A DNA stretch of 64,000 nucleotides from Candidatus Dojkabacteria bacterium (GTDB taxonomy: Bacteria; Patescibacteriota; Dojkabacteria; J137), in assembly GCA_025993875.1 (NCBI GenBank), contig JAMQHH010000014.1, forward strand, positions 8,009 to 72,008. The letters are read 5' to 3'. Positions 1-9,176 of this stretch are shown in pieces. How positions within the stretch are numbered: the stretch's first letter is position 1; every line of letters starts with the position of its first letter. The position numbers were made by a program, and so were the translations under genes. The notes under the pieces are model-generated. The model ran no database searches and had not been told where the DNA came from. It saw only the letters and a program-made list of their open reading frames with translations.

Positions 1-335
1 TCCGAAAGCTGACCTTTATACATTGCTTTTTTAATTTCAGATACTTCTTCTTTACTTCTCTGTACATCGTCTTCGGTTATCTGGGTTTGACTTTGAAATC
101 TGTGAAGTATGGGAATATAGTTTTGTTCTCTTAAAAATCCTTTGTAATCGGCAATAGTCAACTTATCGATTTTTTCAAAAGGAGTTTCTATGTAATATAA
201 ATACGAGGAAAAAATTTCCAGGTCACGTTGATAATTTTCTAAAGTTTCCTTTGAATAATTATTGTTTTTTAGATTTAACAAAAACTCTCTAAATCTGGGT
301 AGCGTGTATTTAAAAGTTGTGTCCATAGTAATCAT
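1..335 (-). CDS. Partial CDS running off the window start: N-terminal part of a tyrosine recombinase/integrase (Xer-like, N-terminal SAM-like domain)
   Basis: Reverse-strand translation from ATG at 335: MITMDTTFKYTLPRFREFLLNLKNNNYSKETLENYQRDLEIFSSYLYY... The block TLENYQRDLEIFSSYL resembles the conserved N-terminal core-binding domain of XerC/XerD/phage integrases. The C-terminal catalytic part lies outside the window. Confidence 0.4.
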   Translation of the reverse strand, partial: MITMDTTFKYTLPRFREFLLNLKNNNYSKETLENYQRDLEIFSSYLYYIETPFEKIDKLTIADYKGFLREQNYIPILHRFQSQTQITEDDVQRSKEEVSEIKKAMYKGQLS

Positions 336-436
336 AAATTCGGTATTTTTATTATATCATTCTTTACTTTACAGAAGTTTGGTTCCTACATTCTAGAAAC
401 AATTGAATTTGCGAGCTTAAAACATTTATTAAACTA

Positions 437-466
437 TTGACAAAATAAATAATATTTTTGTATATT
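437..466 (+). promoter_or_regulatory. Putative sigma70-type promoter for the hsp20 gene
   Basis: TTGACA at 437-442, a spacer of about 18 nt, then TATATT at 461-466, about 55 nt upstream of the ATG at 522. Confidence 0.35.
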
Positions 467-469
467 AAA

Positions 470-496
470 TTAGCAGTCAAAGGCTTGAGCTGCTAA
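470..496 (+). promoter_or_regulatory. CIRCE-like inverted repeat (candidate HrcA operator) between promoter and hsp20 start
   Basis: TTAGCAGTC-N9-AGCTGCTAA, i.e. a perfect 7-bp inverted repeat TTAGCAG/CTGCTAA with 13-nt spacing. It resembles the CIRCE consensus TTAGCACTC-N9-GAGTGCTAA and sits immediately downstream of the -10 box of a heat-shock gene. Confidence 0.35.
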
Positions 497-521
497 TTAT
501 ATTATTTTTTATTTTTATTGT

Positions 522-950
522 ATGCAAAACAGAAGAATAACATTAGTTCGCCCATCGCAGATTTTTGATAGTTTTATGGACGAATTCTTTAACAGCAATA
601 CGGGAGTTAATTCAGTTTATCAAGGAGGAGTAGATGTAGATATGTACGAAGATGATACTCATGTAGTTGTCAGCTTTAAAGCCCCGGGCTTTAAAAAGGA
701 TGATATAAAAATAACGTTAGAGGATAATGTTTTAACAGTTGAAGGAACAGTAAAAAAAGAAAGTGAGGAACAAAGTAAAAAATATTTTCTAAAGGAAGTT
801 GCTTACGAGAATTTTATTAGGTCGGTAAGCTTGCCTGCAAAAGTTAAGCCGGAAGAAGCAGAAGCCAAACTCGAAAACGGAATAATGACAATAAAACTTC
901 CAAAGGCCGAAGAGATAAAGCCTAAAACTATAACAATAAAGGCAGACTAA
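522..950 (+). CDS. Small heat shock protein, Hsp20/alpha-crystallin family
   Basis: 142 aa. The alpha-crystallin domain pattern (DVDMYEDDTHVVVSFKAPGFKKDDIKITLEDNVLTVEG...ENGIMTIKLPK) is typical of IbpA/Hsp20. Followed by a clear terminator. Confidence 0.85.
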   Translation: MQNRRITLVRPSQIFDSFMDEFFNSNTGVNSVYQGGVDVDMYEDDTHVVVSFKAPGFKKDDIKITLEDNVLTVEGTVKKESEEQSKKYFLKEVAYENFIRSVSLPAKVKPEEAEAKLENGIMTIKLPKAEEIKPKTITIKAD

Positions 951-960
951 AAAAAATTAT

Positions 961-994
961 ACAATCCCTTCAAAATGAAGGGATTGTATTTTTT
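961..994 (+). terminator. Rho-independent terminator after hsp20
   Basis: ACAATCCCTT-caaaatg-AAGGGATTGT, a 10-bp perfect stem, followed by ATTTTTT. Confidence 0.6.
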
Positions 995-1024
995 ATAGTG
1001 AATAAGCAAATTGACGTAAACAAA

Positions 1025-1549
1025 CTATAAAATTGCAAAAGCCCTAACAGGACTTCCATCTCCTTTGGATATTCTTAAAGGCATCCCATAAAACATAAAC
1101 TTTTTAGGGAGTATTTCAGTGTTAGCAAGCCTCTCGAAAACCAGTATGTTTTTTGAAAAGAAAAATTTTTCAACATCAACATCCATTTCAAATTTCGATG
1201 AAAGCCCTATAAATTTTGGTAAACGGTGAGCTGCTTTAACAGCGGTTGTCATATCGATATTTGCTTCTCTAAAAATTACTCCTAAATTTTTCTTTATATC
1301 ATCTATTTTTTCAAAAACAACTGCTTTCCCACAAAACTCTTCTAACTTATAATCGTCCAAAGTTCGACCTTTAGACTGTCCGTGAATTTGAGCATTTACA
1401 TGTGTGCCGTCATGACCGTTTATTTCAAGCCTCTTCATATTCCAGCCGTTTTTTTTGTATGTTTGAAAGTTAAAAATATTTATTGGAGGATCTCCCGGGA
1501 AGACCTTCAAATTATTATTTAGAGGAAGGGTAAGATCAATAATTTTCAT
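1025..1549 (-). CDS. Putative cyclase / kynurenine formamidase-like metal hydrolase (cyclase family)
   Basis: 174 aa. The motif HDGTHVNAQIH matches the HxGTHxDxPxH signature of the putative cyclase/arylformamidase family. Confidence 0.5.
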   Translation of the reverse strand: MKIIDLTLPLNNNLKVFPGDPPINIFNFQTYKKNGWNMKRLEINGHDGTHVNAQIHGQSKGRTLDDYKLEEFCGKAVVFEKIDDIKKNLGVIFREANIDMTTAVKAAHRLPKFIGLSSKFEMDVDVEKFFFSKNILVFERLANTEILPKKFMFYGMPLRISKGDGSPVRAFAIL

Positions 1550-1657
1550 ACAGTGTTTTTAAGAGATATAATTGACTGATAACACTTTTATTATTATGTA
1601 TTGTGCATAATAGATTTTCGTATTATCATTACATTACTATATTTTAACGCAAAAATT

Positions 1658-2116
1658 ATGTTTGGAGATTTAAATAGAGTTACATTAATGGGAAATGTTA
1701 CAAAAGATCCTGAACTTAGGTATACTCCGGGAGGTTCTGCAGTACTAAGTTTTTCAATCGCTACAAATAGGCGGTATAAAAAAGGTGAGGAATGGGTAGA
1801 AGAGGTTGCTTTCCATAATATAGTTACATGGAATAGTGCGGAAGAGCTTTCTAAACGGGTAAAAAAAGGTACCAGACTTTACGTTGAAGGCAGACTAAAT
1901 ACAAGAAGTTGGGACGGAGCAGATGGAAAAAAGAATTATAAAACCGAAATTGTAACGGATAAGGTTATCTTAATTGCCCGCTACGAGGGAGCCGGAGAAT
2001 CATTTGGAAATCGTGAAAAATCCGAGCAGGCCCCTGCCGATGAGCTTTCCGGTAACGTTTTGCCCGAGGCGCAATCGGACGATGATTCAATAGATCCAAA
2101 CGATTTGCCTTTTTAA
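1658..2116 (+). CDS. ssb: Single-stranded DNA-binding protein
   Basis: OB-fold core NRVTLMGNVTKDPELRYTPGGSAVLSFSIATN...HNIVTWNSAEE and an acidic C-terminal tail ending DDDSIDPNDLPF. The likely start is the internal Met at 1658 (MFGDLNRV), not the ORF-track start at 1601. Confidence 0.85.
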   Translation: MFGDLNRVTLMGNVTKDPELRYTPGGSAVLSFSIATNRRYKKGEEWVEEVAFHNIVTWNSAEELSKRVKKGTRLYVEGRLNTRSWDGADGKKNYKTEIVTDKVILIARYEGAGESFGNREKSEQAPADELSGNVLPEAQSDDDSIDPNDLPF

Positions 2117-2132
2117 GTTTTTAAACAGTAAT

Positions 2133-3032
2133 TTAAAAAGTTTGGTATAGAGCTTTTTTTAGTTTGTAGTTTCTACCTGCACCTTCAAACCATGTGATCT
2201 GCCTTTTGGCGTATTTAATGTGAGCGGTTTTAACTTTTTTTATAGTTTCGGGTAGTGTTGCTTTGTTGTCTAAATACTCTAGAACCTCTTTATATCCAAT
2301 GCCTTGCAATGCAATAGAATTTTTTGCATACCCCAATTTTAAAACATTTTGTGTTTCTTCAATAAGTCCTTCCTTAAACATCTCCTCTACCCTTATGGCA
2401 ATTTTTTTCTTCAATTCGGATAATTCAAATACAGGGTAGTAAAAATCAATTATATATTTTGTTGAAAATAAATCACTTTTTTCGAGTACACTATTGCTTC
2501 TTAAATTATATTTCTCAATCTGTCTAATAAGGCGCCTTTTATTATTAAAATCAGAGTTATTAAGATAATTTTTTTTATAAAGTTTAAGGTATTCTTTCTG
2601 AAGATTTTCTTTAGAAAATGCTTCGAGTTTAAGTCGAGTTTCTTTGTTATTTAGCCCGCTATTATCGTGATAATCTTTAACAACAGAATCTATATAAAGA
2701 CCTGTCCCACCAACAATAATTGGAGTCTTACCTTTTTTTGATATCTCTAGAATTTTTTCCTCAGCTTCTCTTTTAAAGGTAAACAAATTGTATCTTTTAT
2801 CGGGCTCTAAAAAATCGATAAGATGAATTGGTACCCCCTCTAGAAATTTTTTCCCGAATTTATTTGTAACCAGCTTGCCTTTATTTGTTCCAATATCTAA
2901 ATATTTGTAAATTTGTCTGGAATCGGCATTAATTAGTTCTCCATTTAATTTGTTGGCCAGCTTAAGAGCAAAACCGGTTTTGCCACTCGAAGTTGGACCT
3001 GCAACTACAATAATCTTTATTGGATTTGCCAT
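2133..3032 (-). CDS. miaA: tRNA dimethylallyltransferase
   Basis: P-loop IIVVAGPTSSGKT at the N-terminus, the overall MiaA pattern including ADSRQIYK, and about 300 aa. Confidence 0.85.
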   Translation of the reverse strand: MANPIKIIVVAGPTSSGKTGFALKLANKLNGELINADSRQIYKYLDIGTNKGKLVTNKFGKKFLEGVPIHLIDFLEPDKRYNLFTFKREAEEKILEISKKGKTPIIVGGTGLYIDSVVKDYHDNSGLNNKETRLKLEAFSKENLQKEYLKLYKKNYLNNSDFNNKRRLIRQIEKYNLRSNSVLEKSDLFSTKYIIDFYYPVFELSELKKKIAIRVEEMFKEGLIEETQNVLKLGYAKNSIALQGIGYKEVLEYLDNKATLPETIKKVKTAHIKYAKRQITWFEGAGRNYKLKKALYQTF

Positions 3033-3118
3033 AGCGAATTTTAGCAGAAAAGGTCATTAATTTTGCAAAATTATTTTTAACAATATAAACTATAAATATA
3101 TAAAAAGCTTTAAACAAA

Positions 3119-4477
3119 ATGGAATCGTTTTTATATTTAAGATTTATATTTACAATTGTTATTGGAGCCATTTTAGGACTGGAAACCGAGACAAGGTTAA
3201 ACCAAAGTGCTGCTGTTAGTAAACCTGCTGTAAAGGAAAAATTTTCTTTAGGCGGAGTTAGAACTTATACAATTATCTCTTTATTTGGTGGTGTAGCAGG
3301 TCTTTTTTATCTAAAAAACGAAACAACAATTTCTTACATTCTTGTTTTTGCTACTATGCTTTTGGTGCTTTCGGCTTATGTTTTAAATGTATCACAAAAA
3401 AAAGCGTTTGGAATGACAACCGAACTCGCAGTATTAATTACGTTTATTTTAGGGTTTTTAACTACCTCCTCACTTGTCCCAATAGAGGTGATAATTGTAA
3501 TAACGGTTCTTTTGGCATTTTTTTTATCTAATAAACGAGGTATTTCCATCCTGGTAAATAAAATTGAGCATAAGGAAATCGAAGATCTTTTTAAGTTTGC
3601 CCTTGTTGCCCTTGTTATTTTGCCTGTTTTGCCAAATAAATCAATTTTGTTAAGCGATGCTGCGTTAATTTTTGGTATTACAAAAGACTCTCTTGGCGTG
3701 TTTTCGGAATTTGTTATAGGTAATCCTTTTTCTGTATGGTTACTTGTTGTAGTAATCTCTGGATTTGGTCTTTTAGGATACATGTTGTCTAAATACATTG
3801 GTGAAAAAAAAGGGCTAATTCTTACATCTTTTTTTAGTGGATTTGTGTCTTCGACAGCAGCTTTGGTTAATTTTTCTCACAAGGCAGAAAGCGAAAAAAA
3901 TGATTACAATACCAGGCTATTTGTTAGCGGATTTCTTTTCTCGCATGCAGCCAGCTTTATTTTACTTGGTGTATTAATTGCTCTTAATAACATAAGGCTT
4001 TTTGAACTTCTCTTTCCTTTTTTGCTGTTATTTTTTGTCTCGAGTTTAATAATTGCTTTTTTTCTAACTGGTAAGACTAAACCAAAGATTTTTAAAAACG
4101 ATAACAAAATCAAATACTACCCTTTTTCTATTATTCCTGCTTTAAAATTTGTACTACTTATAACCTTTATTAACATAGCGGTACAGTTTTTAATTTTTCA
4201 AAATATTTCTTCTACTCTTTTAGTAACACTAACATCTTTAGCCGGTCTAACAGGGGTAGACGCACCTTCTATTGCTATCAGTTCGCTTCAGCAAAAGGAG
4301 ATTTTAGCGGTGGCGCCGGCGGTAATAGCAATTGTGGTAACCAACTATATAAATTTTTTAGGAAAAGGCTTTTATGCTTATCTTTCAAAGAATAAGACAT
4401 TTGGCTTATATATTGTTGTTTCGCTTTTTATTATCTTCCTGGTTTCTCTGCCTCTTTTTCTTTTATTTAGAGTATGA
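3119..4477 (+). CDS. MgtC/SapB-family integral membrane protein with a DUF4010-like C-terminal domain
   Basis: 452 aa with about 10 or more predicted TM helices. The N-terminus IGAILGLETETR...GGVRTY resembles the MgtC GLERE / GLRT motifs. Confidence 0.45.
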   Translation: MESFLYLRFIFTIVIGAILGLETETRLNQSAAVSKPAVKEKFSLGGVRTYTIISLFGGVAGLFYLKNETTISYILVFATMLLVLSAYVLNVSQKKAFGMTTELAVLITFILGFLTTSSLVPIEVIIVITVLLAFFLSNKRGISILVNKIEHKEIEDLFKFALVALVILPVLPNKSILLSDAALIFGITKDSLGVFSEFVIGNPFSVWLLVVVISGFGLLGYMLSKYIGEKKGLILTSFFSGFVSSTAALVNFSHKAESEKNDYNTRLFVSGFLFSHAASFILLGVLIALNNIRLFELLFPFLLLFFVSSLIIAFFLTGKTKPKIFKNDNKIKYYPFSIIPALKFVLLITFINIAVQFLIFQNISSTLLVTLTSLAGLTGVDAPSIAISSLQQKEILAVAPAVIAIVVTNYINFLGKGFYAYLSKNKTFGLYIVVSLFIIFLVSLPLFLLFRV

Positions 4478-4782
4478 AAAAGTTTATAAAAAATAACACA
4501 GGGTTTTCTTGTTTAGTTTGCAAAGCAATGGTACCTCCTCACACCAGCAGTTCACGAGATCATTGTAATCATTGTTTATTTGGTTTACATGTAGATAGCT
4601 TTCCGGGAGATAGAGCCAATAATTGCCAGGGAGTATTAGAGCCGGTAGGTCTAAACATTCTAGGAGGTACAAAAACAATAGTATACCGTTGTCAAAAGTG
4701 TGGTAATTCTGTTAGATGTGTAGCTGCGCCAGATGATAACTTTGAAAGGCTAATTGAACTTAGCAAAAAGGTTTATCGCTAA
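4474..4782 (+). CDS. RNHCP-domain zinc-ribbon protein
   Basis: 102 aa. FSCLVCKAMVPP...SRDHCNHCLFGLH plus a second CQKCGNSVRC pair fit the RNHCP domain family. It overlaps the upstream gene by 4 nt (ATGA). Confidence 0.45.
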   Translation: MKKFIKNNTGFSCLVCKAMVPPHTSSSRDHCNHCLFGLHVDSFPGDRANNCQGVLEPVGLNILGGTKTIVYRCQKCGNSVRCVAAPDDNFERLIELSKKVYR

Positions 4783-5546
4783 ACAATTTCTAGATCTTTA
4801 AAGACTTTTAGTCTTCTCAAGCCGTTATCTAAAGGATTTGTTAGATATCCTTCCAGAGTATGATTTACCCCGAACTCATCAATTTCCAGCCATTCCTGTT
4901 TTTCTAATGGTAAATCGGGATGTTTAATTCTTACTACACCTTTTTTTACCCCGCTTAGTTTCCCGTAATATGGTGTTGAGTGTGTGTACTCTATTTCTAA
5001 AACAGCTCCATTCTTATCTCTTTTTATATCTGTAACAAGCATTATATGATCTCCATTGAGTTTTTTTGAAGAACTCCTTATTAAATCAAGAACTCTAGCT
5101 TGGTTAATTGCTACTGTATCAGTATTATTAGCGGATGTTAGTACATGCGCACCTAACTGCTCTACAGGCCTTAAAAAGTATTTTATCCTACCAATAAAAG
5201 AGTTATCTTTTGGTATCAATTCTCTCCAAATTGTTTTCCCGGTAATTTTTTTATAGATAGCGTTGATTATGTGCGATACAAAACCCGAACAATCTATACC
5301 TATTCCTTTTTCCGTTAAAAAATTTTTTATGGATTCTGAATCTAGTTGATCAAAATTTATTCCTTTAATTTTAGCCCATATTTCAGATTCCATTTTTATT
5401 TCGCTTGGAGTGCCTTTCCCTACCATAGCTCTTAAATCGCGTGTATTTTTGCGATTAATAAAATATGGGCAGGAAACTTCCTTGCCTCCCAGTATAATGT
5501 GTGAATATCGGAAAATCTCATTATCCAAAAATTTTTTTAGTTCCAT
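4779..5546 (-). CDS. Hypothetical protein with an NlpC/P60-like (papain-fold cysteine peptidase/amidase) catalytic motif
   Basis: 255 aa. GIGIDCSGFVSHIINAIY resembles the NlpC/P60/CHAP catalytic-cysteine motif (x-DCSGF-V). It is the last gene of the minus-strand operon running from 8466 to 4779. Confidence 0.35.
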   Translation of the reverse strand: MELKKFLDNEIFRYSHIILGGKEVSCPYFINRKNTRDLRAMVGKGTPSEIKMESEIWAKIKGINFDQLDSESIKNFLTEKGIGIDCSGFVSHIINAIYKKITGKTIWRELIPKDNSFIGRIKYFLRPVEQLGAHVLTSANNTDTVAINQARVLDLIRSSSKKLNGDHIMLVTDIKRDKNGAVLEIEYTHSTPYYGKLSGVKKGVVRIKHPDLPLEKQEWLEIDEFGVNHTLEGYLTNPLDNGLRRLKVFKDLEIV

Positions 5547-5558
5547 ACAATTAACGTA

Positions 5559-6983
5559 TTATTTAATAATATGTTCGATTGCTGCAAAAGCTTCTAAAAT
5601 CCATGGCTTAAGACCGTTTCGATCAAAAATTTGTTCTTTAAACTGCATCCTCGAAAGCTCTTCGCCTGTTAATTTAACTTGCCCCGGGGGTTGATTTAGT
5701 AAAACAAAACCTCCATTATCAATTTGCTCAACACTAAATCCATCTTTCTGATAGATTAGCGGCTTGTCCATCTCCTCATCGAGGTAAATAATATTTTCTT
5801 TTCTTTGCAGAGTATCCCAATTTATTGCACTGTTGTCGCTTTGCAATCTGTAAATTCCCGATTTAGCCATGTGATTAATTTTAAAATTTTCTTTGGCTCG
5901 CAAAAAAACCTGAGATCCGAATAAGTTATTTATCTCCTTTTTGGGATCAATATCTATAGGTATTTCTAAAAACTCAGCAAGGTGTAAAAGACTCAAAGGA
6001 GTTTGATTATGTAAAAGTTCAAGTTTTGTTTGCATGGGAATATTGGCTGTTTGCCTCGCGTTAATTTCGATTACAAAAATATCCCCGGATCTGCTTATTA
6101 TAAGATCTATCCCAAATAGACCTCTGTAACCATTGGCTTTTAAAATCTCTCCAACACAGCTTGTTTGATTAAAAACTTTTTGCTTTAAATCATTATCAAG
6201 AGAATTTGCGTAGCTCCAGTCGTTCCCGACCGTAGAACCTTTACCTAAAGTTAGTTCGGGAATTCCGGTAATTTGGTATTGTAATCCCGCAACAAATATT
6301 TTCCCACCGGCAATACATCCGTTAATTGTGTAAGAATCGCCTTTAATATATTCCGAAAATTTTAAAAAATTTCCCGAAAGCTTTTGCATTAAGATATTAA
6401 ATTCTACCTCTCCATCAATAAAATATGTTCCCGCACCAGTATGTGATACATCCATCTGTACAACTATTGTGCTTCCTAATTTAGATTCAGCTTCGGCAAA
6501 AGAAATTTTCCCTGCCTCTGCAATAATTGTTTTAGGAATATTAACTAAGGTTTCCCTTAGCTTTTGGTACTGGCTTATTTTATTTTCAAATATCCTGTTT
6601 AAAGATGAGTGATTGTTTAAAACTTTTCCGCCGGCTTTTTCGACTATTTTATAAGCAGGTTCATTAAACTGAAAAAATTGAGTAAAAAACACTTTCCCCG
6701 ATGCAATACTATTAATCCAGTTTAAACACTCTTTATGTTTTAAAAGATTTAAAGTAGTTTTAGGAGCTACTTTTACATTATTTTTTTCTGCACAAAAAAT
6801 TTTTAGTCCTTTTGCCGATAATTGTTCCTCGATGTAACTATTTTCAATACAAATTGGAAAATAATTCTCGATTAAATTTTCCATTCCTACCGATCTTTCA
6901 ATATCACGGGAAGCATAAAAAAGCGGAAATTCTTTGGTTTTCGCGTTAATTTGGTCTAAAATTTTTTTTGTATCAGAATTCAT
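5559..6983 (-). CDS. ATP-grasp superfamily ligase (unknown substrate) with about 200-aa N-terminal extension
   Basis: 474 aa. The C-terminal ATP-grasp signature GLFGIDLIISRSGDIFVIEINARQTANIP is present. The start overlaps the upstream methyltransferase stop (ATGA). Confidence 0.7.
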   Translation of the reverse strand: MNSDTKKILDQINAKTKEFPLFYASRDIERSVGMENLIENYFPICIENSYIEEQLSAKGLKIFCAEKNNVKVAPKTTLNLLKHKECLNWINSIASGKVFFTQFFQFNEPAYKIVEKAGGKVLNNHSSLNRIFENKISQYQKLRETLVNIPKTIIAEAGKISFAEAESKLGSTIVVQMDVSHTGAGTYFIDGEVEFNILMQKLSGNFLKFSEYIKGDSYTINGCIAGGKIFVAGLQYQITGIPELTLGKGSTVGNDWSYANSLDNDLKQKVFNQTSCVGEILKANGYRGLFGIDLIISRSGDIFVIEINARQTANIPMQTKLELLHNQTPLSLLHLAEFLEIPIDIDPKKEINNLFGSQVFLRAKENFKINHMAKSGIYRLQSDNSAINWDTLQRKENIIYLDEEMDKPLIYQKDGFSVEQIDNGGFVLLNQPPGQVKLTGEELSRMQFKEQIFDRNGLKPWILEAFAAIEHIIK

Positions 6984-7543
6984 TTTACAATTTTGTAAAA
7001 GTAAAATTTATCGACAATCTTATAAGGCTCAACTTCTTCTAATGTAAATGTGTTTGTAATAATAGTGCTTCCGGGCTTTAGCTCCCTAAACAACTTTTCT
7101 TTTAAAATATTCATATGCTCTGGAAAAAGATACATATAAACAATATCGTAATCAGAATAATTGTGATTCTTAAAATCTTTATTAAACACCCTAACCTTTT
7201 TAGATAAACCTTTAAATGCAGTCTTTACCCTTGTAAAAAGCGAAAGAAATGGATTATATTCTATCCCATGAGCCATAGCCCCTTTTTTAGCTGCCCATAT
7301 CATAATTCTACCATCGCCCGAACCGATATCGATAAAATTTGTTGAGCTGTCGATTGGAATCTCCTTCTCGTTAAAAAGTTTATCCAGTTTTTTTAATTGA
7401 GACGGATAAAAAGGTGTTTTAGTAAGCCAAGACCACAAAAGATAAATAGCAAATACTATTAAAATTATTTCAAAAAGAATAATTGCTATAAAAGCCGTAT
7501 TCATATTTTTATTTATATTAAAAAGTATTATCTGCCAGAACAA
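6980..7543 (-). CDS. Membrane-anchored class I SAM-dependent methyltransferase
   Basis: 187 aa. An N-terminal TM helix (FIAIILFEIILIVFAIYLLWSWL) is followed by motif I FIDIGSGDGRIMIWAA and motif post-I/II. It overlaps the upstream PLP gene by 16 nt. Confidence 0.65.
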   Translation of the reverse strand: MFWQIILFNINKNMNTAFIAIILFEIILIVFAIYLLWSWLTKTPFYPSQLKKLDKLFNEKEIPIDSSTNFIDIGSGDGRIMIWAAKKGAMAHGIEYNPFLSLFTRVKTAFKGLSKKVRVFNKDFKNHNYSDYDIVYMYLFPEHMNILKEKLFRELKPGSTIITNTFTLEEVEPYKIVDKFYFYKIVK

Positions 7544-8466
7544 AGAACTATTGATTTATTTACCTTCAAATCGCCTGAGCCTTTAATTGCAGCTGCTAAA
7601 GCTAAAGCCGATGTATAAGAGATGTTAATATTAAATTTATCTAATAGCAAATTTTTAGCTGCAACAATTTCGTCCTCTTTGGGTACTAAAACTGTTCCAT
7701 TAGAATTTGTGATTATTTTTTTTATTCTTTGCTGGTTTTCGCAAAGCTTATCAAAAATTGAATCGGAAACGCTTTTTTCTACCATACTCTTTAATTCGGG
7801 TTTTAATGGGTGTACGGCCTCTGTTTGGCAGGCAATAAGTTTTGGCATATTGTATTCGTCACCTACCTTTTGATTTATACCTAATGCTGCCCCAATAAAT
7901 GCAGTCCCCGAAGAAACAGGCATAAATATAGCAGTTTGACTGTTATCTTCTTTTTTATTTAGTAGCTCTGCTAATTCGAAACCAAGCGAAAGATAGGCAT
8001 TATAAATTAATGGGTCATTTCCTGACCTTAAGTTAATTGCTTTTCTAAGCGAGGCAATTTTTACACCAGTTGCTTTCGGAGTATCCGATAAATACAACTT
8101 GTGGTGGGTATTTGTTAATAACTTCTGAATTACTCCTACTTTTGTAATATTCGCATCATTTTTTAAAACAATATGTAAAACAATTTCGGGGTATAGCTTA
8201 GAATATGTTAGAAAGCTTATAGCAGCATTACCCGAAGAAACCAATACTGCTTCTTTAACTTTCTGAGCTTTTAGCAATGTAAGCTTGTATGCTGCTGCTC
8301 TATCCTTCCACGATCCTGTTGGGTTTAGGTCTTCTCTTTTAAGAAAAATCACTAAGCCGTTAAGTTCTATCTTATTAACCAAAGTATCAGATTCGTTTAA
8401 AGTAAGCAAAAGCACATCGTGTAACGGCAGAGATTTAGTTATTTCTTTGTATCTCCAAATTGACAT
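7528..8466 (-). CDS. PLP-dependent fold-type II enzyme (threonine synthase / cysteine synthase-like)
   Basis: 312 aa. LKREDLNPTGSWKDRAAAY contains the PLP-lysine motif (S/T-x-K-D-R) of tryptophan-synthase-beta-family enzymes, and the glycine-rich loop PVSSGTAFIGAA is present. Confidence 0.7.
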   Translation of the reverse strand: MSIWRYKEITKSLPLHDVLLLTLNESDTLVNKIELNGLVIFLKREDLNPTGSWKDRAAAYKLTLLKAQKVKEAVLVSSGNAAISFLTYSKLYPEIVLHIVLKNDANITKVGVIQKLLTNTHHKLYLSDTPKATGVKIASLRKAINLRSGNDPLIYNAYLSLGFELAELLNKKEDNSQTAIFMPVSSGTAFIGAALGINQKVGDEYNMPKLIACQTEAVHPLKPELKSMVEKSVSDSIFDKLCENQQRIKKIITNSNGTVLVPKEDEIVAAKNLLLDKFNINISYTSALALAAAIKGSGDLKVNKSIVLCSGR

Positions 8467-8532
8467 AATCTGGTATTTGACTATTAAACATAATATTTTA
8501 TAATATAATCATTATAAGTTAAATCTTTTATT

Positions 8533-8961
8533 ATGGAACCGCAAGCAACTTCTCCACAAACAAGCGATAGCCAAAATGTTGGCAATCCAAGTAACGCTAC
8601 TGTTACGCCGACAAGCTCTCAAATTTCTCAGACTGATTATAAAGTAGATCCAAATACTGAGATAATGACCGATGATTTAGCAGGGTTAAGTTCTGATTCG
8701 AAAACTCCGAAAGTTCAGCCCGGTACTTGGATTGAGGTACTGCTTGAAAACTTTATATGTTCAGAGTGCGAAAACTCAAATTACCTTATGGTAAATACAC
8801 CCGACGGCTTGTCCAAGCTAGGCAGAGAAGAAATTATTGCAGATTTAAAAATGTATCCCGCAAAAAAAATTTACACAAGCTGTGAGTTGTGCGGAATGGA
8901 GTATTCTTTTAAAGAATTTGAAAACAGGCTTTATTTGGAACCATCAGATAGAGAAAAATAG
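8533..8961 (+). CDS. Hypothetical protein with an S/T/Q-rich disordered N-terminus and a C-terminal CxxC...CxxC zinc-ribbon
   Basis: 142 aa with CSEC...CELCG. It lies divergent from the ATP-grasp operon. No recognisable family. Confidence 0.4.
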   Translation: MEPQATSPQTSDSQNVGNPSNATVTPTSSQISQTDYKVDPNTEIMTDDLAGLSSDSKTPKVQPGTWIEVLLENFICSECENSNYLMVNTPDGLSKLGREEIIADLKMYPAKKIYTSCELCGMEYSFKEFENRLYLEPSDREK

Positions 8962-9092
8962 GTAATTTACCTTTTTGATCTTTAGATTTATAATTTATAT
9001 GCATACTGGCAGCTCTTTAAAATTCCGGTCAAAGAAAATACTTTAGGTCCAGCAATTCCTGCTCCCCGTGGGGTTCAGGTAAGCTGCGCAAA

Positions 9093-9118
9093 AATGTCTA
9101 TTCTCGGACATTTTTGGG
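9093..9118. terminator. Palindromic hairpin, candidate bidirectional intrinsic terminator
   Basis: AAAAATGTC-tattctcg-GACATTTTT, a 9-bp perfect stem whose arms are themselves A/T runs. It is followed by TGGGG on the + strand. Confidence 0.35.
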
Positions 9119-9176
9119 GCATAAGTCCAGTGTGCGTGTAATCTTCAATATTGTTTCTAATTCAAGATATAAAGCG

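Noticed and set aside
3376-3798. Antisense ORFs inside well-supported genes (examples: 3376..3798, 12337..12657, 36959..37537, 39105..39671, 44313..44597, 62617..63138)
   Set aside because: Each lies opposite a conserved housekeeping or membrane-protein CDS and has a low-complexity translation. They are typical shadow ORFs of AT-rich DNA.
8962-9176. Locally GC-richer 200-nt stretch upstream of tRNA-Gly, examined for an ncRNA such as tmRNA, RNase P, or SRP
   Set aside because: No conserved ncRNA motifs were recognisable beyond the palindromic hairpin at 9093-9118. It is kept only as a possible terminator.
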